A stretch of DNA of 64,000 nucleotides, taken from assembly GCF_009914755.1 (NCBI RefSeq), contig NC_060946.1; one strand, 5' to 3'. The position numbers were made by a program, and so were the translations under genes. This stretch comes from the human T2T-CHM13v2.0 reference genome, Homo sapiens. Each line of letters begins with the position of its first letter. Positions within the stretch are counted from its first letter, which is position 1. Under the pieces are notes generated by a model, which saw only the letters and a list, made by a program, of their open reading frames with translations, was not told the origin of the DNA and did not search any database. Below, in pieces: positions 34,044 through 47,442 of this stretch.

Positions 34044-34632
34044 AATGTCCTCTGGGCTCACCCAGGTTCTGGAGCCATAACGTCCTCTGGGTTCACCCAG
34101 GTTCTGGTGCCATAATGTTCTGTGGGTTCACCCAGGTCTTGGTGCCATAATGTTCTCCGGGTTCACCCAGGTTTTGGTGCCATAATGTTCTCTGGGTTCA
34201 CCCAGGTTTTGGTGCCATAATGTTCTCCGGGTTCACCCAGGTTTTGGTGCCATAATGTTCTCCGGGTTCACCCAGGTTTTGGTGCCATAATGTTGTCTGG
34301 GTTCACCCAGGTCTTGGTGCCATAATGTTCTCCGGGTTCACCCAGGTTTTGGTGCCATAATGTTCTCCGGGTTCACCCAGGTTTTGGTGCCATAATGTTC
34401 TCCGGGTTCACCCAGGTTTTGGTGCCATAATGTTGTCTGGGTTCACCCAGGTCTTGGTGCCATAATGTTCTCTGGGTTCACCCAGGTTTTGGTGCCATAA
34501 TGTTGTCTGGGTTCACCCAGGTCTTGGTGCCATAATGTTCTCCGGGTTCACCCAGGTTCTGGTGCCATAATGTCCTCTGGGTTCACCCAGGTTTTGGTGC
34601 CATAATATTCTCCGGGTTCACCCAGGTTCTGG
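34044..34632 (+). repeat. 35-bp minisatellite, ~17 copies
   Basis: Unit aatgttctccgggttcacccaggttttggtgccat. Confidence 0.95.
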
Positions 34633-35066
34633 CAAATGTCAGAATTTCCTTCCTTTTCAGGGCTGAGTAATATTCCATGGTGTGGATGGGCCACATGTTG
34701 CTTATTCGTTCATCTGTTCATGAGCACTTGGGTTGCTTCACCCTTTTGGCTCTTACGAAAAATGCTGCAGTGAACATGGGTATGCAAATATCTCTTCAAG
34801 ACCTTGCTTTTAGTTCTTTTGAGTATCCCCAGAAGGGGGATTGTTGGATCATATGGTAGTTCTATTTTTCGTATTTTGCGGAACCTCCATACTGTGATTC
34901 ACAGCAGCTGCACCATTTTACACCCTACAAACAGTGCACAAGGGTTCCGGTTTCTCCCCATTCTCGCCAACACTTGTTGTTTTCTGAGTTTTTGATCATG
35001 GCCGTCCTAATGGGTGTGAAAGGGTCTCCCCTTGTGGTTTGGTTTGCATTTCCCCCAGTGACGACT

Positions 35067-35743
35067 GTGCTGAGCATCTCTGCATGGGCCTATGGCCGGT
35101 GCTGAGCATCTCTGCATGGGCCTATGGCCGGTGCTGAGCATCTCTGCATGGGTTTATGGCCGGTGCTGAGCATCTCTGCATGGGTTTATGGCCGGTGCTG
35201 AGCATCTCTGCATGGGCTTATGGCCGGTGCTGAGCATCTCTGCATTGGTTTATTCCTGGTGCTGAGCATGTCTGCATGGGCTTATGGCTGGTGCTGAGCA
35301 TCTCTGCATGGGCTTCTGGCTGGTGCTGAGCATCTCTGCATGGGCTTATGGCTGGTGCTGAGCATCTCTGCATGGGTTTATTGACCAGTGCTGAGCATGT
35401 CTGCATGGGCCTATGGCCGGTGCTGAGCATCCCTGCATGGGTTTATTGACCGGTGCTGAGCATGTCTGCATGGGCTTATGGCAGGTGCTGAGCATCTCTG
35501 CATGGGTTTATTGACCGGTGCTGAGCATCTCTGCATGGGCTTATGGCCGGTGCTGAGCATGTCTGCATGGGCTTATGGCCGGTGCTGAGCATGTCTGCAT
35601 GGGCTTATGGCCGGTGCTGAGCATCTCTGCATGGGTTTATTGACCGGTGCTGAGCATGTCTGCATGGGTTTATGGTTGGTGCTGAGCATCTCTTCATGGG
35701 CTCATGCCCGGTGCTGAGCATCTCTGCGTGGACTTATTGGCCG
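35067..35743 (+). repeat. 32/33-bp minisatellite, ~21 copies
   Basis: Unit gtgctgagcatctctgcatgggcttatggccg. Confidence 0.95.
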
Positions 35744-36193
35744 ATTGGACGGGCACTCAGGTTATTTCCACCTCTTGGCTTGGGCGAATGGTGCTGCTGT
35801 GGACATGGGTGTGCCAGTATCTCTTTGTGTCCCTGCTTTCAGCTCTTTGGATTATACCCAGAAATGGGCTGGCTGGGTCATATGGTAGTTCTGTTTTGAA
35901 TTTTTTGAGGAGCTGTTGCACTGTTTTCCCTGGCCCCCTGTATGGCTATGGCTTACCCTCCCCAGCTGTGGGCACTGGAAGCAGGCCAGAGCGTTTGCCT
36001 GAGAATCCAGTGAGTCCAGAGCTCTGCTGCCGACCCCACCTCACTCCGACAGCCCAGTGCCCCTGGTCTCCCTGCCGGGCTCATGGGCGTGCAGGAGCAG
36101 CGAAGCCTGGGGTCCCATCCCCCACCCTGTGATGGTTGTGATGTCCTTTCCTGAGCCACAGTTCCCTCGTGTCTTTAAAAGGGGGGGGTCATA

Positions 36194-36322
36194 TAGCATT
36201 AGGAGAAATACCTAATGTAAATGACGAGTTGATGGGTGCAGCAAACCAACATGGCACGTGCATACCTATGTAACAAACCTGCATGTTGTGCACATGTACC
36301 CTAGAACTCAAAGTGTAATAAG
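36194..36322 (+). mobile_element. Severely 5'-truncated L1PA 3' end (~130 bp) with target-site duplication
   Basis: tagcattaggagaaatacctaatgtaaatgacgagttgatgggtgcagc...cacatgtaccctagaact, flanked on both sides by aaaagg(g/a)g..gggtcata. Confidence 0.85.
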
Positions 36323-36559
36323 AAAAGGAGGGGTCATAATAATAGTCGCCAATAGTTATGGGTTCTTAGTACCTGCCAGGCTGGGTGACAGGTGTAGGGG
36401 AGCCAGGAACCAGCCCTCCACAGGCTGGTGTGTAGGGATTGAGTCAGGTGCGGCCAGGAGGCACCGGGCAGGTTACTGTCCCTTATGAAGTGTGGCTATG
36501 GCCACCATTAACGTGGGGGTGCCAGGGGATTCGCCCGATGCTCCCTGCCTTTGCTCCTC

Positions 36560-37056
36560 CCTGGATGCATCCTGACATGCCTGCTTGGCTCCATCTCCGC
36601 TGCCCGCACCAGCCCCAGCCACCGCCCTCTCTCCTCTGCCTGGCCACGGTTTCCTAACTGGTATTTCCACTTCAGGCCTCTTCCAACCATTGGCCAGGGT
36701 GCTCCACGCTGTGCTCGGAATGGGACCGAGTGCCCTACCACAGCCTCTCTGCTCCCACCAGCTCCTTTCTGGTTTGTTTTGGCAAAAGTGCCCTGCATGT
36801 GCTGCTCCCTCGTCCCGGAGTGCCCTTCCTCTGCAGCCTGCGACCTGTCCTTCATGCCCTCAGCCTGCGGTGCCGCGACTGCTCCTCTGAGCACCTTCCT
36901 GGGCTGGTGCCGGCTGCCCCCCCAGGGGCCGTGGGGTGTCTTCTCCACAGTTAGGGCAGCACTTCCAGCTCCATGGGTTTGTTGGCCTCGCCTCCTCTGT
37001 ATCCTTGCGCTGAGGGTCCTGTCGGGCACGTAGTAGGTGCTCATTAAACACTTAGT
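36560..37056 (+). mobile_element. L2 LINE 3' fragment
   Basis: Ends gggcacgtagtaggtgctcattaaaca, resembling the L2 terminus. Confidence 0.55.
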
Positions 37057-37370
37057 GCGTGGCTCGGTCATTGTGGTTCGTGGACATGCAGTATTCCAGC
37101 TCTAAGATGCACTGCCTGCTCCTTGTTCTTGTTCCCTAGTCCCTAGTAGATGGCGAGCAGCCCCTTAGCAAGCCTGTCCAGCCTGCAGCCTGCAGCCGAA
37201 ACATGTGCTTCTCTCATCTTCCATCGGGGCCGCCCGTGCTCTCAGGCCTGTCAGGAGACTCTTCTGTGAGACTGGACTATCAGAGCACCCCAGCTGGCAG
37301 GTGGTTACCTGGGCAACAGGTGTGAAGTGGACCTTGCGGGTTTTTGATCTTGCTTCTGAAATAGTATTTT

Positions 37371-38090
37371 GGGCCGGGCATGGTGGCTCACACCTGTAAT
37401 TCCAGCACTTTGGGAGGCCGAGGCAGGCGGATCACCCGAGGTCGGGAGTTGGAGACCAGCCTGGGCAACATGGCGAAACCCCATCTCTACTAAAAATACA
37501 AAAATTATCTGTGTGTGGTGGCGGGTGCCTGCAGTGACAGCTCCTTGGGAGGCAGAGGCAGAAGAATTGCTTGAACCCAGGAGGCAGAGGTTGCAGTGAG
37601 CCAAGATTGCATTACTGTACTACAGCCTGGGCGACAAGAGCGAAATTCCGTATCAAAATGTGTGTGTGTGCGTAGCTGGCCAATATATATATTTTTTTCT
37701 TGGCCAGCTGCTGTGGTTCATGCCTGTAATCCCAGCACTTTGGGAGGCTGAGATGGAAGGATGGCTTGAAATCAGGAGTTTGAGACCAGCCTGAGCAACA
37801 TAGTGAAACCCCATCTCTACTAAAAATTTTTTAAAAATTAGCTGGGCAGTGGCACGTGCCTGTAGTACCAGCTACCCCAGAGGCTGAGTTGGGAGGATCA
37901 CTGGGCAGTGGCACGTGCCTGTAGTACCAGCCGCCCCAGAGGCTGAGTTGCGAGGATCACTGGACAGTGGCACGTGCCTGCAGTACCACCTACCCCAGAG
38001 GCTGAATTGGGAGGCCACAGTGACCTATGATTGTGCCATTGCACTCCATCCTGGGTGAAAGAGTAAGACCTTGTCTCTAAAAAAAAAAAC
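37371..38090 (+). mobile_element. Two Alus; the second (AluJ-like, 37703-38090) has an internal 59-bp triplication
   Basis: ctgggcagtggcacgtgcctgtagtaccagctaccccagaggctgagttgggaggatca repeated ~3 times from 37842. Confidence 0.85.
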
Positions 38091-39891
38091 AACAACAACC
38101 CGAAAAGCCCAAAACATTTTTTTTTGTTTTTTCTTGGCTCTTGGGTTTTGCCCCAGAGACATACATCGCAGACCGCTGAGTGGCGCTGGTTGCTGTCTGG
38201 GCCGGCTTGGCCTCAGGCGATCCTGTTGCCCTCCGCGCAGGAGCCTGGGTCCACCTTCTCCTGGCTGTGTGCTTCCTTAAACACGGAAGGTGTTCCGCAG
38301 CCTGCTGTGCGGGGTAGCCCTGTGTTGGGCTTGTATGTATCCCAGGGCTTGGTCCATGTGGGAGAGTCTTGGTAGGCCTGGCGGAGCCCTTTGACCTCAG
38401 CTGGGCCACATTTAAACAAAAGAAGTTGACAAAAGGGGAGGTAGTGGTTTGGAGGTACACAAAGGCTCTTTTCACGGGAGGAGCTATTTAAGGCCATGTG
38501 GGTTTACTTCTGTACTAGATTTGCCCAGGGACCCAGGAACTTCTGTAAAATCCACCTGACTCACCCATTCATTTGCTGCCAGTTCTTTGGTGCCAGGCCG
38601 TGTGCTGGGCCCCAGGGACACGGCACGCTGATGGTCAGAGAGGCCCACGCACACACTGGATCCCGCATTGTGGAGTGCGAGTGCTTTGGGGATGTGGAAC
38701 AGCAGAGCAGGGTCTGCAGAGCATCCCACCGGGGAGGGCCGTGGGGACCCAGGCAGGAGGCGGTGCTTAGGGCTGGCTCCTGGCTTCACCAGTCTTCTTC
38801 ACTGTGTTGTTGTTTGTTACTGGGCAGTAAGAGGCGCCTCTCTGAAACCTGAGGGGCGGCCCGGCTGCTGGTAGGTGTGGACGGGGGCCTACACTGGTGG
38901 CTGTTCTGAGTCGGTTCGCCTTCCAGCACCCCTGAGTGTGGCGCCCTCCTTGCTGGCTCCTCTGCCTTGGGTGGGACCTGGGATGGTGGGGAGAAGCCCC
39001 CGGGCTACGGCCCAGGTTGGATAAGAGGGCGGATGGTGGCACGTGGGATCCTTCACCAAGCTTCTTCTGCCCCCAGGAACTTGGAGACCGTCCAGGCTGC
39101 CCCAGCCTGGCCAGGGACCACGCCTTATTCCTCACCCTTCCCTTAAGAGGACTGGATGGTGGCAAGGCCCACACATGAATCTGTGATGCGCGGGCCACTT
39201 AAAGGAGCACGTGCGTGCCTGGTGAGGGCTGTGGTTCCCTCTGGTCTGCCCTGTCCCTGGCGTGGGTTAGTGGGGACATGGGCTTCTGTGAGCGTTCTTA
39301 TTCTGCTAGGCATCTGTGGACCCCAGACAGGGACGGTCAGTGACAGCCCATGGACCACACACCACCCACTGCCACCTGTTTCTGCCTGTTTTGTAAATGG
39401 TGTCTGATTTGTACACAGCCGTGCCCATTTGCACAACAGCAGAGTTGGGAAGTTGTAGAGGCCGTGTGGCCTGCTGGGCTGAAGGTGTTCACCGCCCGGC
39501 CTCTCACAGACTGGGCTTGCTGAACCCCACCTAGGAGCCGCTCCCCGTGCCTTCGCGATATTGCAGTCTTTGATGCAGAAACACGTCTGAGGAACAGCCT
39601 GCTTTCAGACAGCTTTCAGCTTGTGGGAAATTGGGCAAGGGCAGTGGCAGGAAGACATGGCGAATCTGGGGAATCCAGAAGGGGCTTCCTTTCGGCCATC
39701 TCATTGGCTGGTTATTCTCAAGCCCTGGTTGCTAGGAGTGATGGAGAGAGTTGGAAAAAGAATGTTTCCACTAGAAACGCATCCCTCCGTGTGTTTCCTG
39801 TGGCTTAGTGTATTTGCTTCTACAACACAGTAGTTTTTGCTTGCCTACCTGTGCCTACACTTAGGTTTTCTTGCCAGCTTTGTTTTCTTTA

Positions 39892-40220
<329 letters not shown>

Positions 40221-40649
40221 ACATCTATGCGGTCACTCTGCCAGGGTCCCCATTCAGGCTTCTAGGCAGAGGGGCCTATGAGCTGCCATATGGTGTGATG
40301 GATGGATTAATAGAGGCATATGCTGGGGAGGGTGGGGTGACGGGTGCTAAGCTGCTTCTGGGGCTGTCGTGGGGTTTAAGCAAGCTCAGGCCATGGAGTC
40401 CAGTGGAGTCAGTTCGTGTTCCTGTTGTGCCACTTCTTTCTCACCCTGCCTTCCCAAACCTCAGTTTACCCATTTGTCAGGTGGTTTAGCAGATGCTTCT
40501 TCCTTTCAACATTGTGATTGGGGTAGGGGAGATGAACACTGGTGGGAGCTTGTCACTCTCGTCCTTTCATCCTGCTTTGTACACTCTGAGAAAGGCTTAT
40601 TGGGCAGAGGCTGCCCTTCTGAGGTGTGGATGGAACTGTTGGTGACATT

Positions 40650-41282
<633 letters not shown>

Positions 41283-42974
41283 GATGGTACTGTTGTTATT
41301 GTTACTGTTACTGTGGTTTCCTGACCATGGATGCTGTGCTGTGGACCTAGATTTGGATGATGTCCTTGGCCTGTTGGAGGAAGGCCCTCTCTCCTTGGTG
41401 TCAGGAGTTGGTGGTGTTGAGCAGGCTCAGGTGCGCGGGAGGCCTGGGGGAAGTGAGGGCACAGTGCTTGGTCCTGAGAATAGCCTGTAGCAGGCGCTGC
41501 CAGCCCTCATCCACCTGAGGCTTCCTCTCAAGGCCCAAGCTGGTGTAAGCCTGGACTGTGGCCCAGGTTCCCTGGAGATGGGCTCCTGAGCTCACACGCG
41601 TGCTCAGGTGCCCCTGCTACCTCTACCTAAAGACCTGGAAACCGAGGGTTAGGACTGGCTTGACCTGGGCAGCCTGGTGCAAGGAACCTTACTCTCAACC
41701 CTTTAGGGCTGGATCACGGATGGGAGCAGAGGGTGTGGGCCTGGTTTGTCTACAGCTGGGGCAAGGACAAGCCGTGCTGGCCAGTGGGCAGCCGAAGGCT
41801 GCTGCGCCTTCCCTGATGCGGTCTCCTGCTTCCTGGGGCCCCCAGGCTGAAGTGCTGTTTGTGTTCTGTGTGCCATGGTTCTCTCCTGTGGCTGCCCACA
41901 GCCCCTGCTCACCCACAGGCCCTTCCTGCCCCACCCGTGGACTTTGGGCTTGGGTCCCTGCTCGGGAGCTCGTAGTGACTAGCAGCGTCTTGGGATGGTC
42001 TCAGAACTTTTTACCCTGGCTCCCCACACCCACAAGACAGCGCTGCCTCCCCAGCGCCTGTGGTTATGCAGTGGTGATGTATGGGGCGTGAGAGCAGCGT
42101 TTGTGGAACACTTTTTTGGAGAGTAGGGCTGTGTTTTTGCTGTCGTTACCACTGCTGGCTGGGCAGGTTGCTGAGTCCTTCCAGCACTCTCATGTTGTCC
42201 TCTAACAGCCCTGAGCAGGGGCCCCTGTCCGAGGTCACACAGCTGTGGCCAGCCTGGGCCTGGCTTCCGGCTGCTGCGACCCACTGCATGCCTGTGCTTG
42301 AGATGATCTGGTGGATAGTGGGACACATGTCCACTCCTCGAGGCTCTCCAGCCCCGGTGGTACTTAGGGCGACTGGAGCAGATGTGGGTCAGCCCCATTC
42401 GGTGCTGGAGGCACAGAGGGCCAGGATGCAACCCCTAGCCCCGCACAGGCGAGTGTTCCCTGTGTCCCCGAGCTGCTGTCGCTGTGGTATGTGGTGGTTT
42501 TGGGTCCTCCAGGCAGGGTGATGTGATTGAAGTAGAGAGTAACTTGGGCTGGGTGGCGGCTACCCGATGGCTGGGAAGGCCGTCTCGGACAGAGGGCATC
42601 GCTTGGGCAGCATCCTGGAGGCCAGGAAGGGGCCTCCATGGTGCAGAGGGCAGGGTGCCAGGATGGGGCTAGAGGTCAGGCTGCTGTTCCTGAGTCAGAG
42701 ATGGGCCCACCCCACCCCGAGGCTTCAGTGCTGCCATACACACCCCCTCCTGCCCTGGAGGCGGGCTGCCCGGCTTGCTGCTTCCTGCTTCCCAGGCTGT
42801 CTTTGACCCCTTGGGGCCTCTCAGGAACTCTCGTTTTGCATTTAGACCTCACCTTCTATTTCACGCATCTGTCTCAAGCCTGCTGGGAGGGAGGTGGGTG
42901 AGGGGAGGCTGCTGCTGTTCACGGAGCCCTGTGCCCTCATGGCCGTCATGGCCGCGGCTGCAGCAGTGTGAGGA

Positions 42975-43726
42975 GGGATCTGGAGGCGGCTCACGCAGGT
43001 TCCCAGGAGCTGATTGATGGATTTTCAGGAATTCTGTGAGTTGGCCGTTAATAAAAATGAAAATACATTAACTTGCAGTTAGATCAATTATGTTGAAAGC
43101 AAAGGCATTGAATACTCGAACCCCATCATTTCTGAATCATTTGATTGCATTTTACTATTGCGTGTGCTGCCGAGGTTCCCTGGGCCTGCCGCGCGTGGCA
43201 GAAACGCTGTGCAATGATGGCCGCTGGCATGGCGGGAGTGTGTGCACCAAGGGCGGGGCGCTGCTGCCACTCGGGGCCTCACTTCTCCTTGTGTTGGTTG
43301 TCTAGACTTACCAAACTGATGAGGAAAGTGTTAACGTGCAGATGAAGCTAAAAATTGTGTGAGGTCTGTAGCCGTTCATTACGAATGGCGTAAAAGCCTT
43401 GTGAAAATATTCTGCCATTGGAAAGCAGCTACCTTATTCAGCAAGGACATTTCCCGTGTTGTAGACTCACAGGTGGCGTTCCCCTGCATGTCTCCCTTCC
43501 ACCTTTGTTGTGGTTTGTAAACGGAAACAAAAACACCAGCCAGCATCCGTGTGGTGCTCATTGGTGGTGGCTGCCAGGGGCCAACCGTGGAGACAGGATT
43601 TGAGCACAAATTCATGAAAGCATTCTGTGAGAGTCAGTTGGCTGTCCAGAATTTATACTTTATGGGTAGTGCACATTTCATGATTATTTGCAGATACGTG
43701 CCGCAGGTAGTAAACATAGGACATGT
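42975..43726. mobile_element. hAT-Tip100 (Arthur1-like) DNA transposon relic
   Basis: attttcaggaattctgtgag, aaagcaaagg and cattttactatt resemble Arthur1. The terminus-like ttaaacattaaccagc resumes after the VNTR at ~46250. Confidence 0.55.
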
Positions 43727-46240
43727 GCCTGTGCGTGTAGGTTCCCCTGTGCGTGTAGGTTCCCCCGTGTGAAGGTTCCCCCGTGTGTAGGTTCCCCTGT
43801 GCTTTATAGGTTCTCCTGTGCTTGTAGCTTCCCCTGTGCATGTAGGTTCCCCTGTGCATGTAGGTTCCCCTGTGTGTGGGTTCCCCTGTGCGTGTAGGTT
43901 CCCCTGTGCATGTAGGTTCCCCTGTGCGTCTGGTTTCCCCCGTGTGTAGGTTCCCCTGTGCATGTAGGTTCCCCCGTGTGTAGGTTCCCTTGTGCATGTA
44001 GGTTCCCCCGTGTGTAGGTTCCCCTGTGCGTGTGGGTTCCCCCGTGTGTAGGTTCCCCTGTGCGTGTAGGTTCCCCCGTGTGTAGGTTCCCCTGTGTGTG
44101 CGGCTTCCCCTGTGTGTGCAGGTTCCCCTGTGTGTAGGTTCCCCTGTGTGTGTAGGCTCTCCTGTGCTTGTGGGTTCCCCCATGTGTAGGTTCCGCTGTG
44201 CGTGTCGGTTTCCCCGTGTGTAGGTTCCCCCTTGTGTAGGTTCCCCCGTGTGTGCGGGTTCCCCTGTGTGTGCAGGTTCCCCTGTGTGTGTAGGTTCCCC
44301 TGTGTGTAGGTTCCCCTGTGCGTGTAGGTTCCCCTGTGCGTGTAGGTTCCCCCGTGTGTAGGTTCCCCGTGCGTGTAGGTTCCCCCGTGTGTAGGTTCCC
44401 CTGTGCGTGTAGGTTCCCCCATGCGTAGGTTCCCCTGTGCGTAGGTTCCCCTGTGCGTGTAGGTTCCCCCGTGTGTAGGTTCCCCTGTGCGTGTAGGTTC
44501 CCCCATGTGTAAGTTCCCCCGTGTGTAGGTTCCCCTGTGCGTGTAGGTTCCCCCGTGTGTAAGTTCCCCCGTGTGTAGGTTCCCCTGTGCGTGTAGGTTC
44601 CCCCGTGTGTAGGTTCCCCTGTGCGTGTAGGTTCCCCCGTGTGTAGGTTCCCCTGTGCGTGTGGGTTCCCCCATGTGTAAGTTCCCCCCTGTGTAGGTTC
44701 CCCTGTGCTTGTGGGTTCCCCCGTGTGTAGGTTCTGCTGTGCGTGTTGGTTCCCCCGTGTTTCCCCTGTGCGTGTCGGTTCCCCCGTGTGTAGGTTCCCC
44801 CAAGCGTGTAGGTTCCCCCTTGTGTAGGTTCCCCTGTGTGTGCAGGTTCCCCTGTGTGTAGGTTCCCCTGTGTGTGTAGGTTCCCCTGTGTGTACGTTCC
44901 CCTGTGTGTACGTTCCCCTGTGCGTACGTTCCCCTGTGCGTGTAGGTTCCCCCGTGCGTGTAGGTTCCCCCGTGCGTGCAGGTTCCCCTGTGTGTGTGGC
45001 TTCCCCTGTGTGTGCAGGTTCCCCTGTGTGTAGGTTCCCCTGTGTGTGTAGGTTCCCCTGTGTGTACGTTCCCCTGTGTGTACGTTCCCCTGTGTGTAGG
45101 TTCCCCTGTGTGTGTAGGTTCCCCTGTGCATGTAGGTTCCCCCGTGTGTAGGTTCCCCTGTGCGTGTAGGTTCCCCCGTGTGTAGGTTCCCCTGTGCGTG
45201 TCGGTTCCCCCGTGTGTAGGTTCCCCCAAGCGTGTAGGTTCCCCCTTGTGTAGGTTCCCCCGTGTGTGCAGGTTCCCCTGTGTGTGCGGCTTCCCCTGTG
45301 CGTGCAGGTTCCCCTGTGTGTAGGTTCCCCTGTGTGTGTAGGTTCCCCTGTGTGTACGTTCCCCTGTGTGTACGTTCCCCTGTGTGTAGGTTCCCCTGTG
45401 TGTGTAGGTTCCCCTGTGCGTGTAGGTTCCCCCGTGCGTGTAGGTTCCCCCGTGTGTGCAGGTTCCCCTGTGTGTGTGGCTTCCCCTGTGCGTGCAGGTT
45501 CCCCTGTGTGTAGGTTCCCCTGTGTGTGTAGGTTCCCCTGTGTGTACGTTCCCCTGTGTGTACGTTCCCCTGTGTGTGTAGGTTCCCCTGTGCGTGTAGG
45601 TTCCCCCGTGTGTAGGTTCCCCTGTGCGTGTAGGTTCCCCCGTGTGTAGGTTCCCCTGTGCGTGCAGGTTCCCCCGTGTGTAGGTTCCCCTGTGCGTGTA
45701 GGTTCCCCCGTGTGTAGGTTCCCCTGTGCGTGTGGGTTCCCCCGTGTGTAGGTTCCCCTGTGCGTGTGGGTTCCCCCATGTGTAAGTTCCCCTGTCCGTG
45801 TAGGTTCCCCCATGTGTAGGTTCCCCTGTGTGTGTAGGTTCCCCCGTGTGTAGGTTCCCCTGTGCGTGTAGGTTCCTCCGTGTGTAGGTTCCCCTGTGCG
45901 TGTGGGTTCCCCCATGTGTAAGTTCCCCAGTGTGTAGGTTCCCTTGTGCTTGTGGGTTCCCCCGTGTGTAGGTTCTGCTGTGCATGTAGGTTCCCCTGTG
46001 TGTACGTTCCCCTAAGCATGTAGGTTCCCCCGTGTGTAGGTTCTCCCATGTGTGCGGGTTCCCCTGTGTGTGCAGCTTCCCCTGTGCTTGCAGGTTCCCC
46101 TGTGTGTAGGTTCCCCTGGGTGTAGGCTCCCCCCATACGTGTAGGTTCCCCTGTGTGTAGGTTCCCCTGTGCGTGTAGGTTTCCCCGTGTGTAGGTTCCC
46201 TTGTGCGTGTAGGTTCCCTTGTGCGTGTAGGTTCCTCTGT
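43727..46240 (+). repeat. ~2.5-kb complex VNTR of short (roughly 16-20 bp) units with higher-order duplications
   Basis: Core gtaggttcccc(t/c)gtg(c/t)gt repeated throughout. The rare variant cccccaagcg recurs at 44801 and 45227 (426-bp period). Confidence 0.95.
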
Positions 46241-47351
46241 GTTGGGTCCTTAAACATTAACCAGCTCCTTCCTCCCCAGGCCTGGGCAGGATCCCAGCGC
46301 ACAGAGGAAGAAGCGGAGACTCATGTAGGCCTCTCCTGGCCCTCCCAGTCTTCCTGACTGTCTCTCCTGGGCCACGCTGGCAAGTGGCCCCAGAGCGGGC
46401 CATACACCGTGCTGGCATTAGCACCCCAGGGTGTGCTTAGCCCTGGGCCCGCTCCCTGGCCCCCCTGGGTGGCTTCCCTGTCACAGTGCAGAAGGCTCAG
46501 CTCCCCCCATGGGGTTCCAGCCTGACCCTCGTATGACTCAAGCCTGAAGATACTTTGCCAAGGGAAGGAATTCAGGTTTCTTCCTGGAGAAACATCCCAG
46601 ATCACTGAAGGCTTGTAGTTAAAAGTTTTTGTGTATTCAGGGACGCTGTGCTTTGGCAGGGCCCAAGGCAGAGTCCATGTGTGTCCCTAGTCCATGGGTG
46701 TCCCTTTCTCTTGAGGCCTCTGGCAGAGGAAAGAAAGCTCAGCTGGTGGCTGCGGGCTCAGGCTGGCGGGGACCCCCCAGCCGTGGCATCTGGGCTGCCT
46801 TTGTGTGTCGCTCCCTCACTCTCTGAACAAGTGTTTGTCACTGCCCACCACGTGCCAAGCTCTGCAGAGGGAGACTCGGGTGCCTGCAGCTCGAGTCCAC
46901 CTGAGCATCACCGGCAGAGCCGAGCCCCTGGAGACTTAGCCAGACACAGCCCCTGCCCCGGGGGAGCACCAGGCGGGTTCTAACCAAGCAGGACTGGAGG
47001 CACAAGCGCTAAACAAGGAAGCCATCAGGGCAATCCAAGGACCCCACGTCAAACCAAACAGGATGGTGGAATGACAGCGGGCGGCACCTAGGGAATGGGG
47101 CAAATGAGCGACGTCCCGGAGCCAAACGTGTCGGGCCCTGCAGTGGGGACAGAGGCGGTGGTCGGAGGGTTGCAAAGGGGGTCGGCAGAGCTGCAGCCAA
47201 GCCTAGATGAGCCAGAGCTGATGAGGGTGTCGGGGGAGCAGCCGTGTTGACCCGGGTGCGTGGAAGCCCCTGGAGAACTTTGGCAGGGGTGCTGCAGAGG
47301 CTGATTTTGCCTTTGAAGGCCTCACCATGCTTGCCATGTGGAGAAGGCTTC

Positions 47352-47442
47352 GGGAGGCACGCGGCTGCCTGGACCAGGCTGGGGTGGTGGGGAGAGGGGA
47401 GGCACGCGGCTGCCTGGACCAGGCTGGGGTCGTGGGGAGAGG
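47352..47442 (+). repeat. 45-bp tandem duplication
   Basis: gggaggcacgcggctgcctggaccaggctggggt(g/c)gtggggagag twice. Confidence 0.9.

Larger units (their letters stand above)
33745..35930 (-). mobile_element. L1M (L1MB-like) 3' region hosting two minisatellites
   Basis: L1 3'-UTR motifs ttgtggtaaaatagacataac, tgtcagaatttccttcctttt, ggatcatatggtagttctattttt and ggtttgcatttcc. Confidence 0.75.

Noticed and set aside
35260-35670. GAGCATGTCT p53 half-sites in some 32-bp units
   Set aside because: The next CATG core is 4 nt away rather than the 6 nt needed for a canonical dimeric site.
34044-35743. CRISPR-like appearance of 32-35 bp repeats (also 60011-60745)
   Set aside because: Units are head-to-tail with no unique spacers and no cas genes, in a primate genomic context.
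43634-46136. Three minus-strand ORFs of 703-827 aa (TGEPTH/RGTYTH/QGNLH repeats)
   Set aside because: All three frames are open only because the VNTR strand lacks stop triplets. Unit lengths shift frame constantly, and there is no domain or splice structure.
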